From Hyphomicrobiales bacterium (GTDB lineage: Bacteria > Pseudomonadota > Alphaproteobacteria > Rhizobiales > Aestuariivirgaceae), in NCBI GenBank assembly GCA_016185245.1, contig JACPNZ010000050.1, positions 56,733 through 120,732 of the forward strand: a DNA stretch of 64,000 nucleotides, given 5' to 3'. This document shows positions 28,056-37,656 of this stretch, in pieces. Each line of letters starts with the position of its first letter. The first letter of the stretch is position 1. The notes below the pieces were generated by a model. That model was not told the origin of the DNA and made no database searches. It saw only the letters and a list, made by a program, of their open reading frames with translations. The position numbers and the translations under genes were made by a program.

Positions 28056-30209
28056 ATGGCCGAGCGTTCCTTTGCCCGCGAAGTCGAGGACCTGAGGCTC
28101 GGCGAGGGGGAAGTGTTCCGCGGCGAGGGCATTCTCGCCATCACCAAGGCGCTACTGCAGTCGGGTGTTGCCTATGTCGGCGGTTATCAGGGTGCTCCCA
28201 TCTCGCATTTGATGGATGTACTTGCCGACGCCAAGGAGGTGCTCGACGAGCTCGGCGTGCAGTTCGTGAGTTCAGCCTCGGAGGCGGCCGCCGCCGCCAT
28301 GCTGTCAGCTTCGGTCATGTATCCGATTAGAGGTGCCGTCACCTGGAAATCGCCGGTCGGCACCAATGTCGCTGCCGATGCGCTGGCCAATCTCGCTTCC
28401 GGTGGCGTCACCGGCGGCGCCCTGATCATTGTCGGCGAGGACTATGGCGAGGGCTCCTCGATCATGCAGGAGCGCAGCCACGCCTTCGCTATGAAATCGC
28501 AGGTCTGGCTGCTCGATCCGAGGCCCAACCTCGAAAGTCTGGTGAAGGCGGTCGAGGACGGTTTTGCCCTGTCGGAAGCTTCCAATACGCCGGTCATGCT
28601 GGAAGTCCGCATCCGCGCCTGCCATGTGCATGGGCAATTCCGGACGAAGGCCAATCGCCGCCCGTCATTCACCCTGAAGGAGGCGCAGGACAATCCCCGG
28701 CGCGACGTCAACCGCATCGTGCTGCCGCCCGCCAGCTATCTGCATGAGACGGAGAAGATCGAGGCGCGCTGGCCGAAGGCGGTCGCCTACATCAAGGAGC
28801 ACCGGCTCAACGAGATGTTCGGGCCAACTGACGGCGGCGTCGGCATCATCCTCCAGGGCGGCATGTACAATGGCGTGATCCGCGCTTTGCAGCAGCTGGG
28901 CCTTGCCGATGTCTATGGCGAGACACGGGTGCCGCTCTATGTGCTGAACCTCACCTATCCGCTGATCGAGGATGAGGTGGCGGCGTTCTGCGATAGTAAA
29001 TCCGCCGTGCTGGTGGTGGAGGAGGGCGCCCCCGACTTCATCGAACAGGCGGTGGGAGCAATCCTCCGCCGGCGGAGCATCGCTGCGGCCCTGTCGGGTA
29101 AGGACGTGCTGCCGATGGGCGGAGAATATACGGCAAGCGTCCTGCTCAAGGGCATGGGCGCCTTCATCGAGGCTCATGCCGGCGCACTCCTCGGCAACCG
29201 TCCGCCGCTTCCCGATCCGGCCCCGGTGCTGGCCGATCCCGCCGTCAAGGCGCTGGCCGCCACCGTGCCGCCACGCCCGCCGGGCTTCTGCATCGGCTGC
29301 CCGGAGCGGCCGATCTTCGCGGCGATGAAGCTGGTGGAGAAGGAACTCGGCCCGCACCACGTCGCGGCCGACATCGGCTGTCACCTCTTCTCCATCCTGC
29401 CGCCCTTCAACATCGGCGCCACCACCATGGGCTACGGGCTGGGACCGGCATCGGCGGCGGCCTTCAATGCGCCCGGCGCCAAGCGCTCGATTGCGGTGAT
29501 GGGCGACGGCGGCTTCTGGCACAATGGTCTCACCTCATCAGTCGGTAACGCCGTCTACAACCGGCATGACGGCGTGATCCTGGTCGTCGACAACTTCTAT
29601 TCCGCCGCGACCGGCGGCCAGGACATCCCGTCCTCGCGCGCCGGCAACGCCCGCCGCAAGACCAACAATCCGATTGCCAGGGCGGTGCGGGGCGTGGGCG
29701 CCCGCTGGGTGCGCCAGATCGACCGCACCTATGACGTAGCCCAAATGCGCGACACGCTGCGCCAGGCGCTGACCACCAAGGAGCCAGGCCCCAAGATTAT
29801 CGTCGCCGCCTCCGAATGCATGCTGAACAAGCAGCGCCGCGAGAAGCCGCGGTTCGCCGCCGCCGTGAAGAACGGCAAGCGCATGGTCAAGCAGCGCTTC
29901 GGCGTCGATGAGGATATCTGCACCGGCGATCATGCCTGCATCCGGCTGTCGGGCTGTCCGTCGCTCACGGTGAAGGAAACCGGCGACATCCTGCGCGACG
30001 ATCCGGTGGCGGCGATCGACAACTCTTGCGTCGGCTGCGGCAACTGCGGCGAGGTGGCGGAAGCCGCCGTGCTTTGTCCCTCCTTCTACCGGGCCGACAT
30101 CATCCATAACCCGACGGGCTGGGATCGATTTGTCGCTGGCATACGCGCCGCGGTGATCGGCTTCCTGCAGCGCCGCCGCGCGGCGCGGCGCGTCGTCTTC
30201 GCGGATTAG
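28056..30209 (+). CDS. iorA: Indolepyruvate/2-oxoacid:ferredoxin oxidoreductase, alpha subunit (TPP and 2x[4Fe-4S])
   Basis: 717 aa from the ATG at 28056, after a GGGAGG SD. TPP block GDGGFWHNG. Cys clusters CTGDHACIRLSGCPS and CVGCGNCGEVAEAAVLCPS. Confidence 0.85.
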   Translation: MAERSFAREVEDLRLGEGEVFRGEGILAITKALLQSGVAYVGGYQGAPISHLMDVLADAKEVLDELGVQFVSSASEAAAAAMLSASVMYPIRGAVTWKSPVGTNVAADALANLASGGVTGGALIIVGEDYGEGSSIMQERSHAFAMKSQVWLLDPRPNLESLVKAVEDGFALSEASNTPVMLEVRIRACHVHGQFRTKANRRPSFTLKEAQDNPRRDVNRIVLPPASYLHETEKIEARWPKAVAYIKEHRLNEMFGPTDGGVGIILQGGMYNGVIRALQQLGLADVYGETRVPLYVLNLTYPLIEDEVAAFCDSKSAVLVVEEGAPDFIEQAVGAILRRRSIAAALSGKDVLPMGGEYTASVLLKGMGAFIEAHAGALLGNRPPLPDPAPVLADPAVKALAATVPPRPPGFCIGCPERPIFAAMKLVEKELGPHHVAADIGCHLFSILPPFNIGATTMGYGLGPASAAAFNAPGAKRSIAVMGDGGFWHNGLTSSVGNAVYNRHDGVILVVDNFYSAATGGQDIPSSRAGNARRKTNNPIARAVRGVGARWVRQIDRTYDVAQMRDTLRQALTTKEPGPKIIVAASECMLNKQRREKPRFAAAVKNGKRMVKQRFGVDEDICTGDHACIRLSGCPSLTVKETGDILRDDPVAAIDNSCVGCGNCGEVAEAAVLCPSFYRADIIHNPTGWDRFVAGIRAAVIGFLQRRRAARRVVFAD

Positions 30210-30212
30210 GGA

Positions 30213-31733
30213 ATGGCGCTTTCGTCCGACCGGCCGATCTCTCTCGCCATCCTTGCCATGGGCGGACAGGGCGGCGGCGTGCTGGCCGGCTGGATCGTGG
30301 CGGCGGCCGAGCGGGCAGGGTGGTTCGCCCAGTCGACCTCGGTGCCAGGCGTTGCCCAGCGCACCGGCGCCACACTTTACTACGTCGAGATGATCGCCGC
30401 CGCCGAGGGCCACGCGCCCGTTCTGTCGCTCATGCCCTCGCCCGGCGATGTCGATCTCGTGCTGGCCACCGAATACATGGAAGCCGGCCGTGCCATCCTG
30501 CGCGGGCTGGTGACGCCGACGAGGACCACGCTCATCGCCTCCACCCATCGTGCCTTCGCCATAGCCGAGACGTCGGTTCCAGGGCGGGGCATTGCCGACT
30601 CGGGTGCGGTCACCGCCGCCATCGGCGTCGCTGCGAAGCGGATGATCGCCTTCGACATGGAACGTGTTGCCACGGCCCGTGGCAGCGTAATTTCCGCATC
30701 GATGCTCGGTGCTCTCGCCGCCTCGCGTACCCTGCCCTTTCCACGCGAGGCTTTCGAGCGGGCGATTTCAGCGGACGGACGCGGGACCGAGGCGAGCCTC
30801 CGGGCTTTCGATGCGGCCTATGAAATCGCCAGCGGCGCGCCAACAGAAGTGGAGCGCCCACCCGCGCGCGCCAACGATCTTCAGGGCAGTGCCGGTCATC
30901 CGGTGCTCGCCGCGCTGGTCCAGCGCGTCCGTGACGGCTTCCCCCTGTCGTTGCAGGAGATCATCCTCGCCGGTCTCCGCAAGCTCGTCGGTTTCCAGGA
31001 CCCGGCCTATGGAGCGGAGTATCTCGATCGCCTCGCCGCACTTCACCGGCTTGACGACGCCCACGACGGTGCACCCAGGTCCTTCGCCTTCACCGGGACT
31101 TCCGCCAAGTATCTCGCCAACGCCATGGCCTACGACGACGTGATCCGCGTCGCCGATCTCAAGACCCTGGGCACCCGCTTCGTCAGGGTGAAAGCGGATG
31201 TGACAGAGGGAGACGACAAGCTCGTCACCATGACCGAATTCATGCATCCCCGCATGGCGGAGCTTGTGGGCCTGCTGCCCGCGAAACTCGGCCTCTGGCT
31301 CGAGCGCAGACCGGGTCTGTTCGGGTTTCTCGACCGGCGCATCAGCAAGGGCCGGCGCATCCGCACCGACGCATTGCGCGGATTCCTGACGCTCTATTCG
31401 ATCGCCGCCCTGCGGCAGCGCCGCCGCCGCTCGCTCCGCCATTCACGCGAGATGCGCCATATCGAGGCCTGGCTCGCCACCGCCACGGCACTTCTGCCGC
31501 GCCACTACGATCTCGCCGTCGAGGTGATCGCCTGCCGCCGCCTGATCAAGGGCTATTCCGATACCCATGCGCGTGGGTTTTCGAAGTTCGACCGGGTGCT
31601 CGGCGCCCTGCCGCGGCTCGAATCCCGTAACGATGCGGCCCTCTGGCTGCGGCGCCTGCGCCAAGCGGCGCTCCAGGATGAGGAGGGCACAGCCCTCGAT
31701 GGCGCGCTTCGGACAATTGCCGGGCTTGATTGA
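30213..31733 (+). CDS. iorB: Indolepyruvate/2-oxoacid:ferredoxin oxidoreductase, beta subunit
   Basis: 506 aa. N-terminal GMGGQGGGVLA motif (pyruvate:ferredoxin oxidoreductase gamma-like). Starts 3 nt after iorA. Confidence 0.8.
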   Translation: MALSSDRPISLAILAMGGQGGGVLAGWIVAAAERAGWFAQSTSVPGVAQRTGATLYYVEMIAAAEGHAPVLSLMPSPGDVDLVLATEYMEAGRAILRGLVTPTRTTLIASTHRAFAIAETSVPGRGIADSGAVTAAIGVAAKRMIAFDMERVATARGSVISASMLGALAASRTLPFPREAFERAISADGRGTEASLRAFDAAYEIASGAPTEVERPPARANDLQGSAGHPVLAALVQRVRDGFPLSLQEIILAGLRKLVGFQDPAYGAEYLDRLAALHRLDDAHDGAPRSFAFTGTSAKYLANAMAYDDVIRVADLKTLGTRFVRVKADVTEGDDKLVTMTEFMHPRMAELVGLLPAKLGLWLERRPGLFGFLDRRISKGRRIRTDALRGFLTLYSIAALRQRRRRSLRHSREMRHIEAWLATATALLPRHYDLAVEVIACRRLIKGYSDTHARGFSKFDRVLGALPRLESRNDAALWLRRLRQAALQDEEGTALDGALRTIAGLD

Positions 31734-31789
31734 CAGGGGCGCAGTATGCGCTGAATTATCCGGGCCAAAGAATTTGGGGAGAATAGGGC

Positions 31790-33424
31790 ATGGGACAATT
31801 CATCAACGCCAGGGACAGTATCGTCACCGAATCGATCGACGGCATGCTGCGGGCCGCCGGCCATGCCGCTCTCGCCCGCCTCGACGGCTATCCCCACATC
31901 AAGGTCGTTTGCCGCACCGACCACAAACCGTCGAAGGTGGCGGTGATCTCGGGTGGTGGTTCCGGCCACGAGCCGGCGCACGCGGGCTTTGTCGGCAAGG
32001 GCATGCTGACTGCGGCGGTGTGCGGTGAAGTCTTTGCCTCGCCCAGCGTCGATGCGGTGCTGGCGGCGATTCTGGCGGTGACCGGCAAGGCGGGCTGCCT
32101 GCTCATCGTCAAGAACTACACCGGCGACCGGCTCAATTTCGGATTGGCGGCGGAGCGCGCCCGCCTGCTGGGCCGGAAAGTCGAGGTGGTGATCGTCGCC
32201 GACGACATCGCCATCCCGGGCATTTCTCAACCGCGCGGTGTCGCCGGAACGCTCTTCGTCCACAAGATCGCCGGTCACTTCGCCGAGAAGGGAGCGGGTC
32301 TCGCAGTGGTCGCCGCCATGGCCCGCGAAGCGGCGGCGGCAACCGTCTCGCTCGGCATCTCGCTGAGTTCGTGCACCCTTCCCGGCATCGGCCGCGAGGA
32401 CCGGGTGCCCAAGGGCAAGGCCGAAGTAGGCCTCGGCATCCATGGCGAGCCGGGCGTCGACCTCATCGGCTTCGAAGGCGCCAGGCAGGCGGCCGATCTG
32501 ATGGTGCGGAAACTGTTCGGCGGCGTCAGACGGGCCTCGGGCTACGCGCTGCTCCTCAACAATCTGGGCTCCACCACGCCGCTCGAAATGGGCGTACTTG
32601 CTCATGAGTTCCTGGGGGCGCCCAGAGCCCGCAAGATCAAGCTGGCGATAGGGCCGGCACCACTCATGACGTCGCTCGACATGCATGGCTTCTCGGCCTC
32701 GCTCTTGCCGCTCACCCGCGATTTCGCCGCCGCACTGGCGAGCCCCGTTGCTCCCGTGGCCTGGCCCGGCGCTACGCCCGTCGGCAAGTTGCAGCGCATC
32801 AAGCTGCCGAAGGATCTGCGGAGGCAGCGGCCGAAACCAAGCCGCGATGCGGCACTGCGGTCTCTGGTGGAGAGGTGCTGCGATCTGCTCGCAGGCCTCG
32901 AGGACGAACTCAACGGGCTCGACCAGAAGGTGGGCGACGGCGACACGGGTTCGACCATCGCCACCGGCGCTCGCAGCCTGAAGGGAAAGCTCGGCGCCCT
33001 GCCGCTTGACTCGCTCGGCGGGTTCTTTTCCGCCACCAGCGGCGTCCTCAGCACGTCAATGGGTGGCTCGAGCGGTGTGCTGCTGGCCATCCTGTTCGCC
33101 GCCGCCGGCGCCACGGCCGAGGCGGGAGCGCCCTGGCCCAAGGCGCTGCAAGCGGGCCTCAACCGCATGATGGAGTATGGCGGCGCCGGGCCGGGCGACC
33201 GCACCATGGTCGATGCGCTGGAGCCGGCGCTTGCCGCTCTTGCCGCCGGAAAGACGCTCTCCGAAGCGGCGGCCGCGGCGCGGCAAGGCGCGGACGCGAC
33301 AGCGAAGATGCAGCGGGCCAGGGCCGGCCGCTCGGCCTATGTGTCGGCGGCCAACCTCTCTGGAGTTCCCGATCCGGGTGCGGTTGCCGTTGCCCGCCTG
33401 TTCGAGGGGCTGGCCGGCGGCTAA
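31790..33424 (+). CDS. Fused DhaK-DhaL (ATP-dependent dihydroxyacetone/ketose kinase family)
   Basis: 544 aa. Dak1 blocks (VISGGGSGHEPAHAGFVG, VKNYTGD) followed by a Dak2 domain (VGDGDTGST). Confidence 0.85.
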   Translation: MGQFINARDSIVTESIDGMLRAAGHAALARLDGYPHIKVVCRTDHKPSKVAVISGGGSGHEPAHAGFVGKGMLTAAVCGEVFASPSVDAVLAAILAVTGKAGCLLIVKNYTGDRLNFGLAAERARLLGRKVEVVIVADDIAIPGISQPRGVAGTLFVHKIAGHFAEKGAGLAVVAAMAREAAAATVSLGISLSSCTLPGIGREDRVPKGKAEVGLGIHGEPGVDLIGFEGARQAADLMVRKLFGGVRRASGYALLLNNLGSTTPLEMGVLAHEFLGAPRARKIKLAIGPAPLMTSLDMHGFSASLLPLTRDFAAALASPVAPVAWPGATPVGKLQRIKLPKDLRRQRPKPSRDAALRSLVERCCDLLAGLEDELNGLDQKVGDGDTGSTIATGARSLKGKLGALPLDSLGGFFSATSGVLSTSMGGSSGVLLAILFAAAGATAEAGAPWPKALQAGLNRMMEYGGAGPGDRTMVDALEPALAALAAGKTLSEAAAAARQGADATAKMQRARAGRSAYVSAANLSGVPDPGAVAVARLFEGLAGG

Positions 33425-34107
33425 CCCAGTCCCGGCCCGTCAAGCACCGCCAGGGTGCTGCGATAGGCGGCCTCGAGATGATCGCGCATCGCCTTTGCGG
33501 CCCTGGTGGGATCGCCGCTGGCCAGCGCCTTGATCACTCGCCGGTGCTGCACCAGGGTCGCCTCTGCCTGGCCGGCGCGCGGCACCATCAGGTGGCGGCA
33601 GCGGTCGAGCTGAGCTTTGGAGATCTCGATCGCCCGCCACAGTCGCGGCAGGTGGCTGATGTCGGTGATCGTCCGGTGGAAATCGTCATCGCGCTCGATG
33701 GCCTCGACATAGGATTTTCGCGCAATCGCCCGGCCATGCAACAGCAGAATAGCCTCCAGCCGGTCGGCCTGGGCTGCCGACATGTGCCGCGCCGCCTGGG
33801 CGGCACTTTCCACCTCCAGGGCCCGGCGGATCAGAAAGGCTTCCTCGATTTCCTTGCGGTCGATGCGGGCGGCGCGGGTGCCCGACTGGGCGATCACCTC
33901 CACCAGATTTTCGTCACTGAGCTTACGCACGGCCTCGCGCACCGGGGTGCGCGAAACCGCCAGCTGGGCGGCGATTTCCTTCTCGTCGATGGCATCGCCC
34001 GGCTTGATCGCGCCGGTCAGGATCAGCATCCGCACCATGGGATAGATCTGGTCGCGCATCGGACGCGCCCGATCGAGCCTGGCACCGGACAGATCGATAT
34101 TCATCAT
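33421..34107 (-). CDS. GntR/FadR-family transcriptional regulator
   Basis: 228 aa. HTH (EKEIAAQLAVSRTPVREAVRKL) plus an FCD domain. Its stop overlaps the dhaK-like stop by 3 nt (convergent). Confidence 0.9.
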   Translation of the reverse strand: MMNIDLSGARLDRARPMRDQIYPMVRMLILTGAIKPGDAIDEKEIAAQLAVSRTPVREAVRKLSDENLVEVIAQSGTRAARIDRKEIEEAFLIRRALEVESAAQAARHMSAAQADRLEAILLLHGRAIARKSYVEAIERDDDFHRTITDISHLPRLWRAIEISKAQLDRCRHLMVPRAGQAEATLVQHRRVIKALASGDPTRAAKAMRDHLEAAYRSTLAVLDGPGLG

Positions 34108-34120
34108 CTATCATACTAAT

Positions 34121-34131
34121 ATAACAGTTAT
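34121..34131. promoter_or_regulatory. Palindrome ATAACAGTTAT in an AT-rich divergent promoter region
   Basis: 11-bp palindrome between the GntR gene and the downstream TIM-barrel gene. Operator role is inferred only. Confidence 0.3.
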
Positions 34132-34191
34132 GGACAGCAAGCCCATTCTTTGCCAAACTGCCCTCCAAACAAAAACCGCCCGGGAGGATCG

Positions 34192-35241
34192 ATGGCCAGC
34201 GCCAACAATTTTCCGAAGCTTCACAATGCCATGTGGCCGGGCCTGGTCGGCAAGGGGGCCGATTCCGAGCCGCCCATCGACCTCGATACGATGATCGATT
34301 TGACCGCCAAGACAAGCGTCAATGGCGTGAAGTTCGACGGTATCGACATCTTCCATGCCGCACCCCACACCAACATCGATGCCGACGACGACGAGATCGA
34401 GAAGCTGGCCGACAAGGCCGGGGGCAGGGGGCTCGCCATCGGCTCGATCGTGGCGCCGGTCTGGCCGCCGGTCGGCGGCGGCTCGGCCATGGGCTCGGCC
34501 AGTGACCGCAAGAAATTCGTCGACAATGTACGCAAGTCCTGCAAGCTCGGCAGAAGGCTGCGCGAACTGGGCGTGCGCACCTACGGCGTGATCCGCATCG
34601 ACTCGGCCTCAAGCCCTGGCGCCTGGGCCAAGGATCCAAAAGGCAACACCAAGAAGATCGCCAAGACCTTCCGCGAGGCCTGCAGTGTTGCCGCCGATTA
34701 CGGCGAGCGGCTCGCTTGCGAAGGCGAAATCTGCTGGGGCGGCCTGCATTCCTGGAAGGCAATGATCGACACCCTGGAAGAAACCGATCGCCCGCAGGTG
34801 ATCGGCTTCCAGGCCGACATGGCCCACACCATGCTCTACACCATGGGCTACAACGCCCCCAAGTCGCGCCTGCTTCCCGCCAAGTTCGACTGGAAGAGCA
34901 AGAAGACACTCGACGAGGCGCTACGCAAGATGACCGATGCGCTGCGTCCCTGGACCATCGATTTCCACGTGGCCCAGAACGACGGTACGGTGAAGGGCCT
35001 CGGCTATCATGACAAGACCGGCCGCCACTGCATGGTGACCGACCCCAATGGCAAACTCAACATTCCGAAACACGCCGGCTTCTGGCTGCGCGACGGCCAT
35101 GGCGAACTGATCAAGGCCTTCCGCCACATCTGCTGGGACGGCTGCATGTTCCCCAATGAAACGATGCTGAAGCAACAGACCTGGAACGACATTCTCGCCA
35201 CCATGATCAAGGTGCGCGAAGCCCATGGATGGGTCGCCTGA
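34192..35241 (+). CDS. Xylose-isomerase-like TIM-barrel protein (sugar phosphate isomerase/epimerase family)
   Basis: 349 aa starting [17 protein letters not shown] after a GGGAGG SD. AP-endonuclease-2/xylose-isomerase-like layout. Confidence 0.8.
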   Translation: MASANNFPKLHNAMWPGLVGKGADSEPPIDLDTMIDLTAKTSVNGVKFDGIDIFHAAPHTNIDADDDEIEKLADKAGGRGLAIGSIVAPVWPPVGGGSAMGSASDRKKFVDNVRKSCKLGRRLRELGVRTYGVIRIDSASSPGAWAKDPKGNTKKIAKTFREACSVAADYGERLACEGEICWGGLHSWKAMIDTLEETDRPQVIGFQADMAHTMLYTMGYNAPKSRLLPAKFDWKSKKTLDEALRKMTDALRPWTIDFHVAQNDGTVKGLGYHDKTGRHCMVTDPNGKLNIPKHAGFWLRDGHGELIKAFRHICWDGCMFPNETMLKQQTWNDILATMIKVREAHGWVA

Positions 35242-35242
35242 A

Positions 35243-36388
35243 ATGACGGTTAAGAAACTCAACATCGGCTTGGTGGGCTATGGCTTCATGGGCCGCACCC
35301 ACTCTAACGCCTTCTGTCAGGTTCCACATTTCTTCGACGTTCCCTTCGCGCCGGTGCTCAAGGCGGCGTGTGCCCGCGATGCGGCGAAGCTCAAGCCCTT
35401 CGCCGAGCGCTGGGGCTACCAGTCGATTGAGACCGACTGGCGCAAGCTGGTCGAGCGCAAGGACATCGACCTGATCGACATCGCCAGCCCCAACGACACC
35501 CACATGGAGGTAGCACTCGCCGCCGCCGCCGCCGGCAAGATGGTGATGTGCGAAAAGCCGCTCGGCCGCTCGGCGGCGGAATCGCGCCGGATGGTCGAGG
35601 CGGTGGAGAAGGCCGGTGTCGCCAACATGGTATGGTACAATTACCGCCGGGTGCCCGCCGTAACGCTGGCCAAGCAGATCATCGACGAGGGCAAGCTCGG
35701 CAAGATCTTCCACTACCGCGCCAAGTTCCTCCAGGACTGGACCATCTCCAAGGACCTGCCCCAGGGGGGTGCGGGACTGTGGCGCCTCGATGTCGGCGTG
35801 GCCGGCAGCGGTGTTACCGGCGATCTTCTCGCCCATTGCATCGATACCGCCATGTGGCTCAACGGCGGCATTGCCAGGGTCTCGGGCATGACCGAGACCT
35901 TCATCAAGGAACGCCATCACACCCTCACCGGCAAGACCGAGAAGGTCGGCATCGACGATGCCAGCCTGTTCCTCGCCCGCTTCGACAACGGCTCGCTGGC
36001 CAGCTTCGAGGCCACCCGCTATGCCCGCGGTCACAAGGCCCTCTATACCCTCGAGATCAACGGCGAGCACGCTTCGATCGCCTGGGACCTGCACGATTTG
36101 CACCGGCTGCAGTATTTCGATCACCGCGACGAGGGACGCTTGCGCGGCTGGCGGTCGCTCCACATCACCGACGGCGATCATCCCTATATGGGCAAGTGGT
36201 GGGTGCCGGGGCTGCAGATCGGCTACGAGCACACCTTCATCCATCAGGCCGCCGATTTTCTCGCGGCACTGGGCGGCGGCAAGTCGGCCGCGCCGACATT
36301 CCGGGATGCACTGGCAACCGATCTGGTGACCGATGCGGTGCTGAAGTCGGCCCGCACCGGCCAGTGGGAAAGCGCCAAGGACCAATAA
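35243..36388 (+). CDS. Gfo/Idh/MocA-family NAD(P)-dependent oxidoreductase
   Basis: 381 aa. N-terminal [19 protein letters not shown] Rossmann motif and an EKPL block ([10 protein letters not shown]). Starts 2 nt after the upstream stop. Confidence 0.9.
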   Translation: MTVKKLNIGLVGYGFMGRTHSNAFCQVPHFFDVPFAPVLKAACARDAAKLKPFAERWGYQSIETDWRKLVERKDIDLIDIASPNDTHMEVALAAAAAGKMVMCEKPLGRSAAESRRMVEAVEKAGVANMVWYNYRRVPAVTLAKQIIDEGKLGKIFHYRAKFLQDWTISKDLPQGGAGLWRLDVGVAGSGVTGDLLAHCIDTAMWLNGGIARVSGMTETFIKERHHTLTGKTEKVGIDDASLFLARFDNGSLASFEATRYARGHKALYTLEINGEHASIAWDLHDLHRLQYFDHRDEGRLRGWRSLHITDGDHPYMGKWWVPGLQIGYEHTFIHQAADFLAALGGGKSAAPTFRDALATDLVTDAVLKSARTGQWESAKDQ

Positions 36389-36397
36389 TTGTGCAGG

Positions 36398-36473
36398 CTT
36401 CCGCCGCATTGCGGACATGCTTGCGGGAATTCCGGCAAACCGGCGAGAGGCGTATTGCAAATGCGGCGGGAAG
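36398..36473 (+). other. Imperfect long-range inverted repeat (structured intercistronic element)
   Basis: CTTCCGCCGCATTGC pairs with GCAAATGCGGCGGGAAG with bulges. The pair encloses GGAATTCC and a CCGG-CAAA-CCGG mini-hairpin. Confidence 0.3.
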
Positions 36474-36515
36474 CGATAGTCTCTTCGAAAACCGGCGGGT
36501 GATACGCAGGGAAAA

Positions 36516-37610
36516 ATGATGGCAGGAAGCGACAGGCAAGCGCTGAGACTGACCGGGATTTGCAAGTCCTTCGGCGCGGCGCGGGCTCTCGACAACCTAT
36601 CCTTCGATGTCGCGGAAGGGCGTTTCTTCGTGTTGTTCGGCCCCTCCGCGGTGGGCAAGACGACCACGCTTCGCACCATTGCCGGACTGACGCGGCCGGA
36701 CCGGGGGCGGATCGAAATCGACGGCCGCGACGTCACCCACGAGCCGATCGCCGGGCGCGGCGTCTCCATGGTGTTCCAGTCCTTCGCGCTCTATCCGCAT
36801 CTGACGGTCTACGACAACTTCGCTTATCCGCTGCGCGAGGAGAAAGTGGCGCGGGCCGAAATCGACAGGCGGGTCAAGGAAACGGCCGGCATGCTCAAGC
36901 TGTCGCACCGCCTCGACCGCAAGCCCAACACGCTGTCGGGCGGCGAGCAGCAGCGCGTGGCACTCGGCCGTTCGCTGATCCGCCATCCCAGGGTCCTGCT
37001 GCTCGACGAACCCCTCACCAATCTCGACGCCAAGCTGCGCCACGACATGCGGGCCGAGCTTAAGCGCCTGCACCGGCAGTTCGGCATGACCATTATTTTC
37101 GCCACCCCGGACGAGCTCGAGGCCCTGTCGATGGGCGAGGAGATCGCCGTGATGCGCGACGGCGCGGTGATCCAGCGCGGCACCCCCGACGAGCTTTACG
37201 AGCGCCCGGCCAACACCTATGTGGCCGGCAAGATCGGCTCGCCCCACATGAACATGGTGAAGGCGGTGGTCGGCGGCGATGCCGCGACCTTCGACACGCC
37301 GCTCGGGCTTCTGACGCCGCCGGTGCGGCGCCAGAGTGCCAGCCCCGGCGAAGCGGCGGTGATCGGCATCAGGCCAAGCGACATCCGGCTGGCGGCCACT
37401 GGCGAGACGGCAATCCAGTCCAGGGTTCATCTGCTCGAGCCCCTCGGCGACATCACCATCGTGTCCCTCGAGGCCGGCGGCGAATTGCTCCGAATGGTGC
37501 TGCCCGAGGCAACTGCCACATCGATCAAGCCGGGCGATCTGGCTTCGATCGCCATCGATCCCAACAAGATTCACGTCTTCCGCGCCGCAAGCGGTCAGGC
37601 AATGACCTGA
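36516..37610 (+). CDS. CUT1-type ABC ATP-binding protein, H-loop His replaced by Pro
   Basis: Walker A GPSAVGKTT, Q-loop MVFQSFALYP, consensus signature LSGGEQQRVA, Walker B LLLDEP. The H-loop reads IFATPDELEA instead of VTHDQxEA. Confidence 0.9.
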   Translation: MMAGSDRQALRLTGICKSFGAARALDNLSFDVAEGRFFVLFGPSAVGKTTTLRTIAGLTRPDRGRIEIDGRDVTHEPIAGRGVSMVFQSFALYPHLTVYDNFAYPLREEKVARAEIDRRVKETAGMLKLSHRLDRKPNTLSGGEQQRVALGRSLIRHPRVLLLDEPLTNLDAKLRHDMRAELKRLHRQFGMTIIFATPDELEALSMGEEIAVMRDGAVIQRGTPDELYERPANTYVAGKIGSPHMNMVKAVVGGDAATFDTPLGLLTPPVRRQSASPGEAAVIGIRPSDIRLAATGETAIQSRVHLLEPLGDITIVSLEAGGELLRMVLPEATATSIKPGDLASIAIDPNKIHVFRAASGQAMT

Positions 37611-37656
37611 CGCCATGGGCCTGAAGTAATCCGGTTAAACAGGGAGGAAACCTAAG

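Noticed and set aside
35207-36769. 520-aa ORF on the - strand
   Set aside because: Antisense to the Gfo/Idh/MocA gene and to the start of the ABC ATPase gene. No motifs.
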